A DNA stretch of 64,000 nucleotides from Octopus bimaculoides (GCF_001194135.2 NC_068989.1:47824725-47888724); one strand, 5' to 3'; counted from the stretch's first letter, positions 38,672-51,811 are shown. Numbers and translations are program-made. The notes: generated by a model from the sequence alone, not told the origin.

Positions 38672-39090
38672 GTGAGAAAGCAGCGCATGCGACTGGGGTA
38701 CAATTATATGAAGCCCAATAAATCCATCATGACTACCGGTCTGATAAGGGTACACTAGGCACACGCATTACAACAACATTTACGCAAGATAATCAGCACA
38801 TGACCTTGCATGTGGGGCCCAGTGAGAATCTTCTTCAGGATGAGTAGCCCGTTCCACTCAAAAGGCCCTTGAATAAGGTTTGTTTCAGGACGATAAACGA
38901 AACACCCATGTTTCCAGAGGTGAATTATTCAAACCTCAAAGAACTCTTCTCAACACATTGCTTTGACACTCTTTCACTACATCTGCCCGTGATCAGAGCA
39001 GCACATATCGTCAGCCACCAAGTGACATTTTCAACTGGTTAAGGCCAAACAACTGAAAAGCAAATCTGTGGTATTGAGCAGAATATTTGC
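38672..39090. other. Unclassified ~420-bp unit between (TTA)n tracts, probable interspersed repeat
   Basis: GC-richer non-coding block bounded by TTA repeats. Single copy in this window, so repeat status is inferred from recollection of octopus repeats. Confidence 0.45.
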
Positions 39091-39096
39091 ATGCGC

Positions 39097-39158
<62 letters not shown>

Positions 39159-39161
<3 letters not shown>

Positions 39162-39453
39162 TAGTCTTATCGTTATCACGCTCTGTGTGCCTTGGGTATG
39201 CGCTGTAGTTTGTTGTGGTACTCTTATTTTCGTTCTATTAAAAGTGTTTTACGTGGGATGTGTCCGGTGCTTAATAGTGCCATTTTGTGTATGTTATAAA
39301 TACTTGTAAATCCTGGTATTTTTGTTATGTATTTGTCTGAATGTCTTTGTTTATCATACCTAATGCGCCTACTATGAAAGGAATTGTTTCAGTTTTTAGG
39401 CTCGAAATTCGAGTTACCTCTATTTTCAGATCTTTGTATTTTGAAAGTTTCTG
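39159..39453 (-). mobile_element. 3' end of an R4/Dong-type element abutting (TAA)n
   Basis: QKLSKYKDLKIEVTRISSLKTETIPFIVGALGMI...KIPGFTSIYNIHKMALLSTGHIPRKTL, then a 3' UTR, then (TAA)n at 39097-39158. The 5' part runs into a gap. Confidence 0.88.
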
Positions 39454-40399
39454 NNNNNNNNNNNNNNNNNNNNNNNNNNNNNNNNNNNNNNNNNNNNNNN
39501 NNNNNNNNNNNNNNNNNNNNNNNNNNNNNNNNNNNNNNNNNNNNNNNNNNNNNNNNNNNNNNNNNNNNNNNNNNNNNNNNNNNNNNNNNNNNNNNNNNNN
39601 NNNNNNNNNNNNNNNNNNNNNNNNNNNNNNNNNNNNNNNNNNNNNNNNNNNNNNNNNNNNNNNNNNNNNNGTCTGTGTTTGACCACCGCTTGAAACTGGT
39701 GTTTACATCCCGTAACTAAGCGATTCGGCAAAAGAAACTGATAGAATAATTACCACGCCAAACAAAAAGAAGTACTGGGGTCGATTCATTCCACTAAACT
39801 TTCTTCAAGACGGTGCCCCAGCATGGTCGCAGTCTAATGCCTGAAACAAGTAAAAGAATAAAAGAAAAAGAAAATTATATGTATGCGTGTGTATGTATTG
39901 TGTGTGCGTGTGTGCGTGTGTGTTTGTGTGTATGCATGTATGTGTGTGTGTGCACGTACGTGTGCGTAGATTAGTTATTTTCCATGTCCAACGTGACTTA
40001 CGTAGGCTCTTACAAAATAGGAACGGCAAGTCCATGTTGAACTTTGACCTACAAATAAATAGCAGCTACATTGTCACTGAATCACGCTCTACTTTCGTTA
40101 CATGACAAAGGTCATACTAAATAATGTAGACCTAAATAAGGTATATTCAGTTTTTGTTCTGAAATTCTATGGTCACATTTATAGACTAAGTAACGATACC
40201 AAGGAAACTGAAGCTAAGCGGACGGACTTTAAGTTTGCGATACACAGATTGCTAGTTCAGACGAACAGAAGCTACAGCAGAGGGGTAAAATTAATCAAAT
40301 GTTACGTACCTGTCAACAGAAAGCGGTAAACAACAAGTCTATGACAATGTATCTGATAGAAGACGAACGGTCACCAGAAGACGTGTTTGGGTCAATAAA

Positions 40400-42040
40400 G
40401 ATTACTAAAAAATCCATAGTAAAGAAAGTTCTGTTCTAGAGAACACAGCAGAGCTAATCGACCTTGGATATCTGAAGAGACCCTACAACTGACAGATCAA
40501 AAGTGAGAACTCAAAAGGAAGCGATCTGCCGAAGAGAATGCCGAGCAAAGATATCAAGAGATCAAAAGAGCAGTGCAAAGTGGAAAAGACAAATCAAATT
40601 TTTGGAAGAAAAATGTGCCTAGGTTGGAAAGGAATTAAAACATAATACAAGGAAGGTGTAAAACATTATCAAAACCTTAAAGAGAGGACTGCAACCAAAG
40701 CAAAGAAACACCAAGAACGTAGAGGATAAAGTACTTGATGATCAACAAAGCATTCGCTAAGGATAGAAAGAATATGGAGAAAGATTGTATGAAGACTATT
40801 ATATCGAATAACCAATAAAAATCAATCATGATGAAAGATACGACTACCTAGCACTACTCAAATTGGAAGTAAAAGACGCTATTCGAAGACTTTCAAAGAA
40901 CAAAATTAATTGACTTTCTATCCGTAAATCTATTAAACGCGATCAGATGGTGAAGAATGTGTTGTAAAAGACACTATTCGAAGACTTTCAAAGAACAAAA
41001 TTAATTGACTTTCTATCCGTAAATCTATTAAACGCGGTCAGATGGTGAAGAATGTGTTGTGGAAACTCTGTATAATAAGATCTTTGATCCTGGTGAATCA
41101 CCGACGGACTGGGTGAGAACAGGAATTATTTTAATACCGAAAACCCCAGGAGCCACCAAATACACAAATCGTTGCATCATTGCAATAATTAGCGACATAA
41201 GCAAGATCCTTCTGCGTATCTTGCTTCGAGAGAAAGTAAGAACAAGAGGAAAAGCATGAGAAACAGCATGGAAAAAGCATGAGAATTAAATGTCTCTCTA
41301 CACATGGCCTTTATAGAGTACAAATAGCATACAATGCTCTGGTCTGTCTTGAAAGAAATGGGTGTGAATGGTAAAGTTGTCATCCTATCTAATAATTTTT
41401 ACAAGAATCAACATGCAGCCGGCATGGTTATATAAGAAATACGTCAAGGTTATCTCCCTTCAATCATGTGCTTCAACTTGTAATCTGAAATATAATGTGA
41501 TAGTCTATTGACCAACTTGGTTGGATATTCATCAACATCAGTGGAGAGAACATCGATAGTCTACTGTATGCAGACGATATAGTACTTATTCCAACATCAA
41601 CAGTGATGCTACTGTCGAGTGCATAGTACAAATCAATACAAAGACAAAACACCAGAGCAACACAACAGCCAGTGCGAAGGGGTTATCAACACGAGGCACA
41701 AATATAAGCATTAACATCACCAACTACAATCTGGAAAAACAGAACTCTTAACATGAACAAAAGACACAGTATTTAACGAAATGGAAAAAAAAAAAAGAAA
41801 ACTGCAGTATTTTTGGCATGTGGTCAAGACTTGGAACGTCGACACTTACATCTTAGAGGGATGAGTCTATCGGAAATGCGGGGAACCGGAAAGACGCTGA
41901 CTGAACGACATCAAGGAATTGCTCGTAAGACCTCTGGCTGATTGCTCGACCAAAGTTAGAAATTCTAAGGAAGATGGTGCATACGTCCATGGTGCCCCAG
42001 CCTCCGACCCTAAAAAATAGGGCGGGTCTAGTCAAGACTT
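40400..42040 (+). mobile_element. Decayed RTE-clade LINE (RT region to 3' end)
   Basis: PTDWVRTGIILIPKTPGATKYTNRCIIAIISDISKILLRIL; LLYADDIVLI at about 41560-41590; KLQYFWHVV...LNDIKE at the 3' end. Confidence 0.85.
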
Positions 42041-42096
<56 letters not shown>

Positions 42097-42324
42097 TGTG
42101 TGTGTGTGTGTGTAGTTATGAGAAAGCTTTTCACATCTACAATTTTAAATTCTAGTTTTGGTTCACATCTGCATATGTGTGTGTGTTTGTATGGTGTATA
42201 AACGTTACACACACATGCAAACACACACACACGCACGCACACACACACACACACATGCACATATATACAGAAAGAGACATTGACAGAGAGAGAAAGAAAA
42301 AGAAGAGAGAGCTCGAAGTATGGC

Positions 42325-42391
<67 letters not shown>

Positions 42392-43129
42392 CACGATTAT
42401 TTGTAGTTGTAAACACTAATCTGTTTAAAAAAACCTAAGATATTATTCACGCAGAATATTCATGCATATAAACAACACACAGATAAACACACATACACAC
42501 ACGCGCATAACAATGTAGACATGCGTGTGTGTGTGTGTGTGTGTACATACGTGTGCATACGAATATTGATCTACACGTTGCAGCGCAGTCGCTGTGTGAA
42601 AAACAGGAACAAGGATTAATTATAGAGAAGGTCACAACGATTTAAAGTTGCGCTCACTGACTCGTGTACATTTTAGGAAATCTTTCTGCCTGTCTAAAAC
42701 GGTAAAGCGATTTAAACTAGACTGAGAGGATTGGCTCCGAAAAAGTTTCGTTCGTTTTTAAACAAGACACTGCTATGAAACCTATTTCAACATAATGTAT
42801 TATTTTCATTTGAAAGGGGTTAACAACCAATAAGTATTAACGTAACGGGTGTATACATTGTCTGAAACAGGAACTTGAGTAACAATAAAGTAATACATAT
42901 ATAATCCTTTCTTCTAAAGGTACAAAGGCCTGAAACAGTGAGACACGTACAGTTTGCAGCGAGTTTCGAACTGGCGACTTGCAGAGTGTGAAACAGACGT
43001 GATAACCAGTCAACCACAGAACCGGTTATCATTAAAGTAATACATATAATGTGCGTTTTTGAGGGTGTGCGTGTGCGTGTAATTGTGTGCGTATGAGGGC
43101 GTGGGAGCTTGTGTGTATGTGTATGTGTT

Positions 43130-43160
<31 letters not shown>

Positions 43161-44059
43161 GTGTGTGCGTTTGTGCTTGTGTGTGTTTGTGTGTATGTAT
43201 GTGTGTGTGCGTCTGTGTGCGAGCGCATGGTAACTAGACACTATGAACTTCTCAATACATGTCTAGTGTAATCAAGAGGTTTATTGAACGAATGTATGTG
43301 TGCTCTACAACTGTTTATAAATTAGTTGGGGCTATAGCCAATATCTAAGTGATGATAAAGCACCTTAAGAAATAGAAGCATTAAACGGAAAGAACAATTC
43401 TGGAAAGAACAATTCTGTGTATTTGTGTGGGCATGTGTGTGTTTGTGTGTGTATATGTATGAATGTATGTAATGTATGCATGTATGTATATATATATATA
43501 TATATATNNNNNNNNNNNNNNNNNNNNNNNNNNNNNNNNNNNNNNNNNNNNNNNNNNNNNNNNNNNNNNNNNNNNNNNNNNNNNNNNNNNNNNNNNNNNN
43601 NNNNNNNNNNNNNNNNNNNNNNNNNNNNNNNNNNNNNNNNNNNNNNNNNNNNNNNNNNNATATATATAAGGTGTCACCTTAAATTCTCGTTGGCCCCGTC
43701 TACTCAGCCGGCGAAAATGAGTTGTTACATTCGGTGTGTCACGCTGACTCTCCCTGAGAACTACGTTAAGCGTAGGAGTATTTGAGGAGTGCTAGGCAAC
43801 TTGCACGAGTAAGCTGTTTCGTTGATTGGATCAACTGTAACACGTGTCTTCCACGGTCACGTTTCAGGGTGTCACAAGACTTTTCCTATAAATTACGGAT
43901 GCAAATCATCTGACGAGATTCTATAGACCTTCCATCACAAGTTATGAGTAGACCCGAGAAGATACAAAATGATATCTGCTCTACACAATATGCATCGAGA
44001 TTGAAACCGGGAACTCCCGGCTGCAACGCGATTTTCTTAACCATTCGGCTAAAATCTAG

Positions 44060-44757
44060 ATATATAGCATTTCCTCCCACAGAAACACCGGAGGAATTTG
44101 GAAAGTTTTAGAGCTTTGTGTTGATTTTCTTCAAAATAATTCCTAGTAGGCACGCGCTTCCACTGAAGTTCACCATCATGAACACTGTGCACGTGCCTTG
44201 TTATGTAACCTCTTCAGCGAATATTCGCTTCATCGCCACAGAATAATTAGTTGCAGACTCTATATAAGCATTTGCAGTTTTACGGGTCATTGTCATGGTA
44301 GGAAAATGATGACGCCTATTAAACCTTTTAAACCGCCCTTTCTTATAAGGATATTTCAAATCACATGTTGCATTTGCCACTCCTTGCAAATCATCATACC
44401 TATGTACGTTTAGTTTTCTCTTGTATCATTGCTATGTTTCTTGCCTCATTACTTTGGTCCACACTCAAGAACATTTCCATTGTAAGCATCACTTCAGATC
44501 TATGAAAAATAATATCCGGGCATTCAACAGAGTAGCTGCTTGAGGACTTTCCCTAATTCTTATTTTTATTAAGATACGATAAAATACAGTATACGTTTCG
44601 AGCATTGATATTTTCCCAATACTGGTGCGTTTTATCACGCATGAAACCTTTGTAAAATGTCGAGTTGAAGAGCCAAAACAATTCCTGTGCAGTTCCTATT
44701 TGTAACACTATCTTTTCTTTCCATTGATGGCCCCTTTCCATTCATCTACACTAAGGG
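44060..44757 (-). mobile_element. Probable piggyBac transposase remnant
   Basis: Weak matches TAQELF...KGFMRDK, KGRFKRFN, RKT and NAYI...KRIFAEEV in the expected order. The end agggtta(t) at 44754-44761 resembles AGGG-TTAA. Confidence 0.45.
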
Positions 44758-45908
44758 TTATGCACTATAATTTACATGCTATTAGTTAAGTCCAGCTGTA
44801 GCTGAGTTAGGCAGAAGATCCAAATAGCACCACACTAGAATACGAGGAACGTAAAGATTTTCTGTTACTACTTTATTATTTCTGACGCAGAAATATTAAG
44901 AAAAATTGGTGAGAGGATGAAGTGGGAGAAAGTAACCATTGATTATAGTAAGAAGACCCAGGTCAGTCAAATTGCGGTATTAGTTAAACTAGGCGAAGTG
45001 TGCTTAAGATGGATTGCCTAGATGTTGGCAACTGTGTATATTAATATCAAAGAAAATATGTTTAGTTGAAATTTTCTATTATCAATTCAGAAAGCTTTCT
45101 TCATACTTCGAAGAAAACCATGTCAGAAACGTTTCAGTTTCAAAATTTTCATGATTTGAAATTAGACATAATTTTCTTGGCAGTGTTTGAAAGAATATTA
45201 AGCTACGCTGCTTGCTGTTTTGTGATTATGTACTACTTTGTTTCTTTCGCTTGTTTTTCATTAGAGAACAGTTACGTAACTTGTATTCGTAACGGAGTTT
45301 CACTATATGTATATAATACAACATTGATTTTTCCTGTTGTCATGTTTATGGTTATTTAGAGTGTAATAGTGTAGGAGTAATTGCAAGGAACCAGAAATAA
45401 GCGAGGAAGAGAAAACATTACTTAAAAGTGTTTTTACTTTATAGGTTTTGTTAACAAATTTGTGTTGTGCCCTGTAGCGGAGAGTTAATTTATTGCACTC
45501 ACTACCACGAACATATACACATAAATGCATGCACGCACACAAACACAAGCATGGATACTCACACACATATTCACTGCACAAGCATGCTTGCATACATAAA
45601 ACACATATATTTTAGTGTCATACATACACTTCATCGTTCACATTTTGCATTTCTCTCCACTCTCGCTCTCGCACTTAGAGAGTATATTCATACATACACA
45701 CACACACAGACTTTATATAAATATATATATNNNNNNNNNNTATATATACATAGATGCATACAGAGAGAGCGGGAAAAGTAAGAAAGAAAGAAAGAAAGAA
45801 AGAAATTGAGAGAAATAGATTTAGATATAGATATATATGTGTATGTACATTATATGCATATACATATATATATGTATGTATGTACGTATATAGATATAGA
45901 GATAGATG

Positions 45909-45960
<52 letters not shown>

Positions 45961-46762
45961 CATACATACATACATACATACATACATACAGACAGACATA
46001 CATACATACACTTACAGAAAGAGAGTGAGAAAAGGAGAGAAAGAAGTGTGTATGTGTATGTATGAATTATGGTTACATTCCGTAAACATTACCTGCTTTA
46101 AGCAACCCCCCTCACAATTATAGAACGTAATTGTATTAGGTATAACCATACATTAAATAAAATGGCCGCTAATTTTCAACGGCAGCCATCTTAATGGTCT
46201 TTTAGCAAGACATTTTTCTTATTTATGTAATATTTCACTGAATCTCTTAGGAAAACTATATATTCCTTACTTGAAGTGTCAGAATAAATGTTTCAAACAT
46301 TTTGCCAAACTTTTTATGTATCCATCCAATCAAATACCATGTGTGTGTGTGTGTGTGTGTCTATGTATATATATATANNNNNNNNNNNNNNNNNNNNNNN
46401 NNNNNNNNNNNNNNNNNNNNNNNNNNNNNNNNNNNNNNNNNNNNNNNNNNNNNNNNNNNNNNNNNNNNNNNNNNNNNNNNNNNNNNNNNNNNNNNNNNNN
46501 NNNNNNNNNNNNNNNNNNNNNNNNNNNNNNNNNNNNNNNNNNNNNNNNNNNNNNNNNNNNNNNNNNNNNNNNNNNNNNNNNNNNNNNNNNNNNNNNNNNN
46601 NNNNNNNNNNNNNNNNNNNNNNNNNNNNNNNNNNNNNNNNNNNNNNNNNNNNNNNNNNNNNNNNNNNNNNNNNNNNNNNNNNNNNNNTATATATATATAT
46701 ACGCACATGAATATTCATATGTACATGTATCTATATGTATTTATATCCATATATATACATAT

Positions 46763-46812
<50 letters not shown>

Positions 46813-46953
46813 TTCACATATGTGTGTGTTCATATTTATGTCTGTTCATTGTTAATCGGGTTTCAAATAATATGAGCAGGTGTATAATTTTGAAACTTAT
46901 CTCCAGTTATAGACACATACATGCATATACATGTATAGTTTTAAATATATATA

Positions 46954-47668
46954 CAGGGTATGATGAGTAAACTGTCGCCATTTTATATTTTTAATTTAGC
47001 GCATGCGCATTGTTTGTTATTGATTTTGTTGACTACAGAGTATAGTAGGGTCAGTTGGATACCGTCTGTGGGAAAACAGCACTATGACGCAATTCACCTT
47101 GCCAGAAATTTGGAAAAGACATGCTGTACTGCTTGGCATTCGCGCTGGAAGCTCCAATACGAACAGATGGTGAACACTCTGAACAACCGTTGGTTTGCCG
47201 TGTCCCCAAAACATGTACCGAGAGTGATAAAAAATCAAACATCCAGTGAACATCACGGTGTTTGGAGTGATCATTAGTGATGGTGACGTGATGCCTCCAT
47301 TCAACTTCCCACACGGCCTGAGACTCAACACGGATTTCTATATCAAGTGCCTGGGGAAGGTAGCGCTGCCCTGGGTCAAGAAGGTGGCTGCTGGAAGACT
47401 ATGGTTAGCAATAAGACTCTGCACCATGCTACACAAGCAGGAGAACCCAGTCATGGCTGTCACACAATTTCTGCGACCACATCACCCCTAACATCTGGCC
47501 ACCTAACTTCCCAGACTGCAAACCGCTTGATTATTATGTGTGGGCGCAGTTGAGCATAAGGCCAACAAAACTCGTTGTAACACCAAATATGAACTGAAGG
47601 CAAGGATTATGGCAGCATTGACCAACTTAAACAAGGAGACCGTCCAGAAGAGTTGGAGGAGATTCCGT
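46954..47668 (+). mobile_element. Internally deleted, 3'-truncated maT (DD37D) element, same family as 267-1143
   Basis: TA followed by TIR cagggtatgatgagtaaactgtcgcc; QMVNTLNNRWFAVSPKHVPRVIK, VFGVIISDGDVMPPFNFPHGLRLNT, KTRCNTKYELKARIMAALTNLNKETVQK. Confidence 0.92.
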
Positions 47669-48019
47669 GTGTGTGTGTGGGTTCGTTTCATATGTATCCA
47701 TGCCCTTTATATAGTTTCATTTGTTCATTTTATCTATCTGTCTTACATTTATCACAAATATGTAGCAGATATATTTATATATTTATTTATTTATCTATTC
47801 ATTTATTTATTTACTTATTTTTTGTACATCTATCTCTATTTCTCATAAGTGTCACAGGTAAGTGCATATGTGTCTATTGTGTGTGTATTACCCTATATGT
47901 TTCTGTGTATTATTTACGGTTTTTCTCTACCTTTTTCTTTCACTTTCTCTCTCTCACTTCACATCTCTACTGTCTTTAGTCATGTGGTGTGGTGTGGTGT
48001 GATAGTGAGTGTTACTGTT

Positions 48020-48275
48020 CCACACATATTTCTGTTGAGGTTCGGTCTGTCTACTGTTATGTGTGTAGCCTCTGTAATCTATCTAAGTGTTGTGTCAATT
48101 CTATGTGTCGATATTACTTTAACCTCTATGCTATTAATCGAACTTCCATGTTCTGCCTGAGCATGTTGGTAGAACACTGACGAGCTTTTCCTTCCTTTGA
48201 GCTCTCGCCAATGACCACTCATACACTCTACTATGCTGCGTGCAGTCTCTCCTTGGTAGGTAGTAGTCATGTTTC
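48020..48275 (-). mobile_element. Penelope-like GIY-YIG fragment related to 2130-2720
   Basis: TYQGETARSIVECMSGHWRE...VFYQHAQAEHGSSINSIEVKVISTHRIDTTLR aligns with AYIGETVRSLAERINGYWRE...ILYQHAEVQHGGLLNRINIEILSRHLTDASLR. Confidence 0.8.
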
Positions 48276-48300
48276 TGCATGACAGACTGACAGACAGAGG

Positions 48301-48393
<93 letters not shown>

Positions 48394-48499
48394 GATGTGT
48401 ATGTATGTATGTATGTATTTATGCATATATGCATACACGCACGCAGAAACCTGTACACTCGTACATATACATGTGCACATATGTATATGCATACATGTG

Positions 48500-48845
48500 G
48501 TAAGATGCTTGCTTCCCAATATCATGTCTTCGGATTCACTCTCATTGCGGAATGCCTTGGACAATTTTTTTTCTACTATAGCCACGGGAAGATCGAAGAC
48601 TTCTGAGTGGATTCAGTAAGCTGAGACTGAAAGAACCCTGTCCTATATGCATGCGTTTGCCTTTGTATTAGTGTTTATCTTCCATCACCGCTTGACAACT
48701 AGTGTTGGTTTGTTTATGTACCCATAACTTAGCGGATCGACTAAATTAACTGATGAAATAAGTCTTGAGGTTGATTTGTTCGACTAAACCTTTCAAGCTG
48801 GTACCCCAGCATGGCCACATTCGAAAGAATGAAACAAGAAAATGA
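48500..48845 (+). mobile_element. SINE family B, decayed full-length copy
   Basis: Head, CORE-like centre and tail (ccagcatggccac...gaaacaag) are all recognisable. Confidence 0.75.
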
Positions 48846-49514
48846 TAACTATTCACACGATTTGCATCCGTATTATAGATTTGTTAATGTCTCTTGAATC
48901 ACGATACGTAAGCATATAATGATACACCCATATATATATATNNNNNNNNNNNNNNNNNNNNNNNNNNNNNNNNNNNNNNNNNNNNNNNNNNNNNNNNNNN
49001 NNNNNNNNNNNNNNNNNNNNNNNNNNNNNNNNNNNNNNNNNNNNNNNNNNNNNNNNNNNNNNNNNNNNNNNNNNNNNNNNNNNNNNNNNNNNNNNNNNNN
49101 NNNNNNNNNNNNNNNNNNNNNNNNNNNNNNNNNNNNNNNNNNNNNNNNNNNNNNNNNNNNNNNNNNNNNNNNNNNNNNNNNNNNNNNNNNNNNNNNNNNN
49201 NNNNNNNNNNNNNNNNNNNATCTGCGTGTTTTTGTGTGTAAGTTTAATCGTGTGTGTCTTTGTGTGTGTATGTGTGTGTGTGTGAATGGAAAAAGCTAAA
49301 TGCTCCATTGGATTCATTTAAATTTTTCTATAATTTGCTAATATTTCTAAAAAAGAAAACCAAAAAAGACAAAAACAAATCGATACTTTCAAAATTTAGA
49401 TATCGACGATATATATTTTATTGTCTGCCCTTCCCGTAAAAAAAAATAATCAGTTTCAGTGCAGTAATGCTGAAGTTTATTTTATTTATTTATTTATTTG
49501 TTTATTTTCTTTTT

Positions 49515-49643
49515 GTAATAGTAGTAGTAGTAACAGTACTAACAGCAGCAGCACTAGGAGCAGCGGCAGCACTAGCAGCAACAACAGCAGCAGCACTGGC
49601 AGCACTGGCAGCAGCAGAAGCACTAGCGACGGCAGCAGCGACA

Positions 49644-49709
<66 letters not shown>

Positions 49710-49800
49710 CAGCAGCAGCAGCAGCAGCAGCAGCTGCAGCAGTACTAGTAGTAGTAGTAGTAGTAGTAGTTACTGTTATTGTTGCTGTTGTCGTTGTTGT
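49515..49800. repeat. Compound (AGT)n/(AGC)n/(GTT)n microsatellite
   Basis: Read directly from the sequence; it explains ORF 49421-50050. Confidence 0.95.
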
Positions 49801-50228
49801 TTTCTTGCACTTGTCTAACTCTGGCTCTGGTTATGAAAATCTATTATTAAAGACACTCCCGCAACGCAAAGATTGTCTTTCATTGGACATCGTGTATCTA
49901 ATGCTGCTTCACGTGTTTTGGAAGATTTATTTTGTTAAGGTGATACAGTGTGCTCTAAGGAAAAATTTGGCTATTACTTATTGCATGTCGAGCAACACAT
50001 CAAATCTCGTTTGCCGAAGTAGTAGCAATAACCGTTATGTTAACTTGTGATTTGATCAATTAACCGGGATGCTAACTCGTACTTTGAAGGTTATATTTTC
50101 GGAGGAGAACAAAAAAATAACAAAGCATTTCATGTGCAAAATTGCCAGGCAGTTCTATATTTAAGAGGTGAGGAATTCTGTACTTTATTTACATTAGACG
50201 GATATTTGTCCTCATCTTGTTTGTTGTT

Positions 50229-50274
50229 AACACAACGTTTCGGCTCATATACCCTCCAGCCTTCTTCAGGTGTC
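50229..50274 (-). ncRNA. Minimal type I hammerhead ribozyme motif (PLE type)
   Basis: gacac-CUGAAGA-a-ggcu[loop]agcc-GAAA-CG-UU-guguu. Stem I gacac/guguu, stem II GGCU/AGCC, palindromic ACGU stem III typical of dimer-acting PLE hammerheads. Confidence 0.8.
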
Positions 50275-50360
50275 TTGGGGAAATTTCGAACCTAGGTTTT
50301 CATTCCTAAAGTATTTTTTGATGTTACTATCATTATTATTATTATTATTATTATTGTTGA

Positions 50361-50436
50361 TCAGGTCACTGCTCGGACTCGAACTCGGAATCTTGGGGTT
50401 AGTCGCCCGCGCTCTTAACCAGCACACCATATGCCC
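50361..50436 (-). other. tRNA-like Pol III promoter cassette (A and B boxes), not a functional tRNA
   Basis: A-box-like tggtgtgctggttaag (50414-50429), B-box-like gagttcgagtcc (50375-50386); the acceptor stem does not pair. Confidence 0.75.
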
Positions 50437-50836
50437 GGGGACAATAATGGAGTGAATTTTAGGGCTTATAAATCTAATAGTTTTCTATCCTTCCTTAAAA
50501 TCGGTTCCCATATGCTGCTCATATCTGCTTAGTTGGTTGTTGTATCCTAGCATATGTGCTGCTTCTTTTAGTTTTCGTATTTTCAAGTGGTGTTCTCTGC
50601 CTATTATTTTAACTTCATCCCACAGGCGGAGGTGGTCTTCATTTTTCCATACATGATCAGCTATACCCGATTTATCAATATCTCCTCGTGTCACAGCTTT
50701 GCGATGTTCGTCTGCCCTTATTTTGAGGGGCGGCATGTACGCCTATGTATAAACCTACCACAGCTGCATGGGATGGAATACACGCAGTCTTTGGTCATAT
50801 TCTCTTCTATTGGTGGTTTTACTCGAAGTAAATATG

Positions 50837-50990
50837 ACGGGCTTCTTTCAGTTTCCGTCTACCAAATCCACTCGCAAGACTTTGGTCGGCCCAGAGCTAT
50901 TGTCGAAGACACTTACCCAAGGTGCCGCGCAGTGGGACTAAACCCGGAACCATTTGGTTGGTAGCAAGCTACTTACTACACAGCCACTCC
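50837..50990 (-). mobile_element. SINE family B head and CORE-like centre
   Basis: gacgggcttctttcagtttccgtctaccaaatccactc...gaagacacttacccaagg...ttactacacagccactcct. Confidence 0.9.
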
Positions 50991-51337
50991 TTTGTTCAAT
51001 TCTTTTTTTATCTCCGATTATTATAATCACCTGATCGTAAAAATTCACATAATCTATTTATATATCTTTCACTTGATTCAGCCATTAGACTGAGGCCATG
51101 TTGTTCGAATTTATCGAGCCGAGTCGATAAAATTGTTACTTATTCTATCAGTCCTTATGCCGATCAGCTAAGTTACGGGGGCGTAAACACACCAGCACCG
51201 GCTATCAAGTGGTGGTGGTGCACGTACGCACGCAAACACACACACACTCACACAAGCATACACATGCGCGTGCACATACACACGCGTTTCAACAAAGTAA
51301 GACATACATGTAGGTATATGTATATATGTAAATATAT

Positions 51338-51487
51338 ATTGGTTTCAGATTTTGGCACAAGGCCAGCAATTTTAGGGGATGGTAGTAAGTTGATTACATC
51401 GACCCCAGTGCTCAACTGCAACTTATTTTATCTACCCCTAAAACATGAAAGTCAAAGTCGACCTTGGCGGAATTTGAACTAAGAACA
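51338..51487 (-). mobile_element. SINE family A, 5'-truncated
   Basis: ttttggcacaaggccagc...atcgaccccagtgctcaactg...aaagtcgaccttggcggaatttgaact. Confidence 0.85.
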
Positions 51488-51592
51488 TGTAATCAGATGA
51501 AAATGTACAATTTAAATATATTAAACGTTATCTCTCACCGGATGGAGTACTTTTGTTGTTGATCCTACCTATCACAGAAAGTAAAAATTTAT

Positions 51593-51623
<31 letters not shown>

Positions 51624-51632
51624 TATAGATAG

Positions 51633-51663
<31 letters not shown>

Positions 51664-51772
51664 GATAGATAGATGGATAGATGTGTGTGAGTATTTATGT
51701 ATATATGTATGCATGTACGTATGTATATATGTATGTATACATTCACACGCACGCACACACACGCACACACAC

Positions 51773-51811
<39 letters not shown>

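Larger units (their letters stand above)
50145..50835 (-). mobile_element. Penelope-like element 3' end (GIY-YIG, tRNA-like cassette, hammerhead)
   Basis: KDCVYSIPCSCG...RPLKIRADEHRKAVTRGDIDKSGIADHVW...DEVKII.REHHLKIRKLKEAAHM (frameshifted), stop at 50485, followed by a non-coding terminal region. Confidence 0.9.

Noticed and set aside
38800-38940. HDV-like ribozyme in the 420-bp unit
   Set aside because: A tgaataa/ttattca pairing exists, but the P3/L3 geometry and the G at +1 do not fit.
49421-50050. 209-aa Ser/Val/Ala-rich ORF resembling a membrane protein
   Set aside because: It is the translation of compound trinucleotide microsatellites.
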